A stretch of 64,000 nt of DNA from the NCBI RefSeq assembly GCF_003918875.1, contig NW_025766968.1, forward strand, positions 5,270,001 to 5,334,000, in the 5' to 3' direction. The notes under the pieces were generated by a model, which saw only the letters and a list, made by a program, of their open reading frames with translations, was not told the DNA's origin and searched no databases. Position 1 is the first letter of the stretch. Each line of letters starts with the position of its first letter. The translations under genes were made by a program, and so were the position numbers. Source of the DNA: Haliotis rubra. Taxonomy: Eukaryota. This document shows positions 60,251 through 64,000 of this stretch, one piece after another.

Positions 60251-63200
60251 ATGTCATTTTCGGGAAAAGTTGCACTTATTACCGGAGCAGCTCAGGGCTT
60301 TGGAAAAGCTTTCTCGGAGGTCCTGTTGAAGCGAGGGGCTAACGTAAGCATAATATCTGAAGTGCCCATTCATAACGACCTTTTGCCATGTATTTACAGT
60401 CTAGTTTGCTTTAATGTATTGTTTTTTACAGGAAGTGTCAAAGTTCATAACATAACTGATTAGCTTATGTTTTGTTTACAAACAGGTTTGTGTTGCCGAT
60501 ATCAAAGTCCAAACAGGGGAGGCAACCGTGTCTTCTTTCCAACAGCAGTACAGCAAAGACAGAGCTTTCTTCGCTAAGTGTGACGTGACACAAGAGAATG
60601 ACATCAAGGGTACGGTTCGATTCCTCATTATGAAATATACCTTTAAATATTATTCAATTACACCACTGCACTGGTTGAAGGTACGTGATGTAGCATAAGC
60701 AAATTATTTGGCTCCTCCTGGTTGGTAAAATCAACAACACTAGATCGATAAGGGATCGTTCATAATTTATGGCTAGCGGGGATGATGATGACTTTCATTA
60801 TGGAGAGGCATGTACANNNNNNNNNNNNNNNNNNNNNNNNNNNNNNNNNNNNNNNNNNNNNNNNNNNNNNNNNNNNNNNNNNNNNNNNNNNNNNNNNNNN
60901 NNNNNNNNNNNNNNNNNNNNNNNNNNNNNNNNNNNNNNNNNNNNNNNNNNNNNNNNNNNNNNNNNNNNNNNNNNNNNNNNNNNNNTACAAAAACAAGAAC
61001 AAAAAAACAAACAAAAAGTAAAAAACCCCAAAAAAAACAATTAAACAAAGTAAAAAAAGGCAAAAAACAAAACAAAACAAAAACAAAACAACAACAAAAG
61101 TAAGAGAAGCCCATGCATGTCATTCATGTACAAAATCCATGCCCCCAGTACTTGTTTATGAAATTGATGAACCACCATACCTCCCCAGAACAAAATGGGT
61201 GACCCCCCTTAAAATCATCATCACACCCCCTGGCCATAAATTATGAATGGTCCCTAAGATTTGTTTGTAAATGAAAACAAAACAGGCCACCGATATTGTA
61301 CAATATTGTCAGTTCCTGAAGTTATTTCAAACTTTCAGCCACATTTGATGCTGTGAAGAAACAATATGGTCGACTGGATTTGGTGATAAACAATGCTGGC
61401 ATAGCTGATGAAGGGGCATGGAACAAAATGATTGATATTAACCTGGTGAGTGGAGCCTGGTCTATTATTCTTGGTACATTGTATCCTCTACAATCATCTT
61501 GTTTGAACACATTAATAAAACCAACAGGATAACTGATGCAGATGATACAGTGGTAAAATTGTCCTATATTTTCCTATTCATTAGCTGAGGCCACAATAGC
61601 TGATAACAGAAAAAAAACTAGCATCAAGGTATATACCGTCAGGCCAAATAAAAAAAATGTTGTGGTTCTGATTACACCCCTTTACAATTTAGGGTAGGTG
61701 GGTAGGATTTTTTTTATACTTTTGTTCGTTTAGAAGTAAAGTACAAACTAATAACACATTTATCAATGTGTAATTGTTTATTCCATCAAGCTTGTGGCCA
61801 TCATGTTGACTTTCTCTATCAGAATGACCGATGTCCATCAGTGCCGAGACAAACAATGGTATCTGAAAGCTTTTTATTCATACTGCTTAAAGAAAATGGG
61901 GTGGGCACCAGAATTCAAGGGTAGCTATAGGTAGGGTAATCCAAACCACAACATTTCTTTTTAGGCCTCACTGCTGCAGTTTTAGCAGTGACAATAAAAC
62001 TTAACCGTGATGCTATTTTATAAGCCTCTATGGCAAGGACCTGTGTCCTGGTAAACACAAACTTACAAACTTAACTATTGTCATTGTCTACACTGACAAT
62101 AAAAATATACCTAGGTGCTAGGTTTTCTTGTTACAAGGATCTGTGGCCAAGACCTTTATTCTGGTAAAATACAAACATAACTATTGTCATCATCTACACA
62201 TGTAACTCAAGGTATGTATTAGGCGTTGGGGTAGCCAAGTGGTTAAAGCATTCGCTCATCACGCCAACGGCTGGGGTTCAACTCCCCACATGGGTACAAT
62301 GTGTGAAGCCCATTTCTCGTGTCCCCTGACGTGATATTGCTGAATTATTGCTAAAAGAGGTGTAAAACCATACTCACTCACTCACTCAAGGTGTGTATGT
62401 TGAGTATATATTTTTATATTTTATATTTTATATAAGCAATAAACAAAATGCAACAATACATGAGGTGTCCCATAGAATCATAAGCTGGTTACAACATTAC
62501 AGACTCATAAGAAAAAAATGTTTCATTGAAACATTTCAGAACTGTTCACATTTCTATATTTTCTGTGTTTCCTTCCCTATTAAAGTAACCATAAACATGT
62601 ATAGTTAATACACAGAAAAAATAACTCTGAATCATTATTGTCTGTGATACCTCGTAGCTTGGTGGTTATTTTCTAATTAGTACTGATCAGTATAAGTAAA
62701 GTAGCACAACTGTTATTGTTTGTGTTGAACAGAAGGGAGTTGTCATGGGGTCTCAGTATGCAGTGGAAGCTCTGCGACGTGACAAGGGAGGAAATGGAGG
62801 CCTTGTTATTAATGTGTCGTCTGCTGCAGGTATCTTCCACATCTCCAATTCATTTTCAGTGAAACCCAATATTCTGGACTGTTTCCAGCAAATTGTCCTG
62901 GGGCTCCTTTCATGAAGCAACCTTTACTAAGGTTATCCTTAACTCCTATTCTTTAACATTGCACTAAGTTTACCTTAGTGACTTACGATCACCTTAGTGC
63001 TTTGTGAAAGGATGCTCAGGTATACACATTGTCAAGATGAAGATATTGTTCCAGTGTAGCAAACTGATCAGCAAATTGTCCTCATCAACAAATTGTCCAG
63101 ATTAACAAATTGTCCAGGGGCTCCTTTCACAAAGCAACCTTTACTAAGGTTATCCTTAACTACTATTCTTTATGGTGCACAAAGGTTACCTTAGTGACTT

Positions 63201-63717
63201 ACGATCACCTTAGTGCTTTGTGAAAGGAGGCTCAGGTATACAATTGTCAAGATGAAGATAGTGTTCCAATGTAGCAAACTGATCAGCAAATTGTCCTCAT
63301 CAACAAATTGTCCAGATTAACAAATTGTCCTGATGAACAAATTGTTCAGATTGACAAGTTTACCATCTACGAAGACTACTGTCAGAGAAATATACTACTG
63401 CTGCTCTAGAACCTCTTTTCAGTAGAATGTTTGTATGCCACTGAGATTTGTATTGTGAATGCTTTTAGTATTTGACATGTGAACAGGATCTGTCGTGATG
63501 AGACAAGCGTACAATATCACAAACACTATGGTGTCATATGAATACAGGTCAGCTTGAGGACCTGTATGGGTTTTTGCAAGATGTAACTAGCCAATCAGAC
63601 AGCTAGTTCCTTTAACAAGTAATGGTTCATCTCTTCACAGGTCTGACACCAGTCTATATCACACCAGTGTATGCAGCTTCCAAGTTCGGTGTTGTTGGTT
63701 TCACACGAAGCTGGGCA
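60251..63717 (+). CDS. HPGD: 15-hydroxyprostaglandin dehydrogenase-like SDR, first 5 exons (continues past the window)
   Basis: Exons 60251-60343 ([16 protein letters not shown]), 60486-60609 (CDVT), 61339-61445 ([12 protein letters not shown]...DINL), 62733-62829 ([16 protein letters not shown]) and 63641-63717 ([16 protein letters not shown], YxxxK). All GT-AG and in phase. Confidence 0.9.
60752..61254. mobile_element. PIF/Harbinger-like MITE spanning a gap in an HPGD intron
   Basis: TIR gggatcgttcataatttatggc / gccataaattatgaatggtccc with TAA on both sides. Confidence 0.75.
60817..60984. other. Assembly gap
   Basis: N run. Confidence 1.
61642..61967. mobile_element. MITE with GGCC ends and 3-bp TCA duplication
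   Basis: ggccaaataaaaaaaatgttgtggtt / aaccacaacatttctttttaggcc. Confidence 0.7.
62221..62390 (+). mobile_element. SINE family A copy
   Basis: Consensus match. Confidence 0.82.
62888..63330. repeat. About 220-bp tandem duplication containing a small palindromic MITE
   Basis: ggggctcctttc...gctttgtgaaagga plus its flank is repeated at about 62900 and 63117. A related palindrome lies at 31462-31575. Confidence 0.8.
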
Positions 63718-63774
63718 GTAAGTACATGTTGAAGTTACTGCGGAGGACTGGGTAAATAACATTTTGTAGGGTTG

Positions 63775-63925
63775 TATGCGTGATTATGGTTTTACACCGC
63801 TTTTAGCATTAGTCCAGCAATATCACGTCGGGGGACACCAGAAATTGTACCCATGTTGGGAATCGAACCTGAGTCTTCAGCGTGATGAGTAAACGCTTTA
63901 ACCATTAGGCTACCCCACTGCCCCA
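63775..63925 (-). mobile_element. SINE family A copy
   Basis: TSD gtagggttgta. Confidence 0.82.
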
Positions 63926-64000
63926 GTAGGGTTGTAAGGATACAGCGATGCAGGATTGTATTCTGCTACAAGGCCCACAATACTGTACACTGATTTACAA

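Overview
This is intron-rich, AT-rich eukaryotic DNA. The dominant tRNA-derived SINEs with (ACTC)n tails resemble gastropod mollusc (abalone-like) elements, which is an inference. Five spliced or long host genes can be reconstructed: a nicotinamide riboside kinase (minus strand, 7 exons, two apparent single-base frameshifts); CCDC124/Lso2 (plus strand, head-to-head with NMRK across a short bidirectional promoter); a GT61-family glycosyltransferase ending in KTEL (minus strand, 6 coding exons); a 907-aa C2H2 zinc-finger protein with a single coding exon; and the first 5 exons of an HPGD-like SDR. A separate 91-aa ORF stops 5 nt upstream of the NMRK start codon, apparently in the same exon, making a candidate bicistronic mRNA. 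The last GT61 intron holds a Helentron-like non-autonomous element, a Tc1 (DD34E) transposon and a full-length DIRS1 retrotransposon. The intron before it holds about 50 tandem copies of an exon-end plus splice-donor unit. The window also contains three SINE families, an L2-like LINE fragment, several MITE/foldback elements, minisatellites and three N gaps. Exon coordinates were derived by hand and may be off by a few bases.
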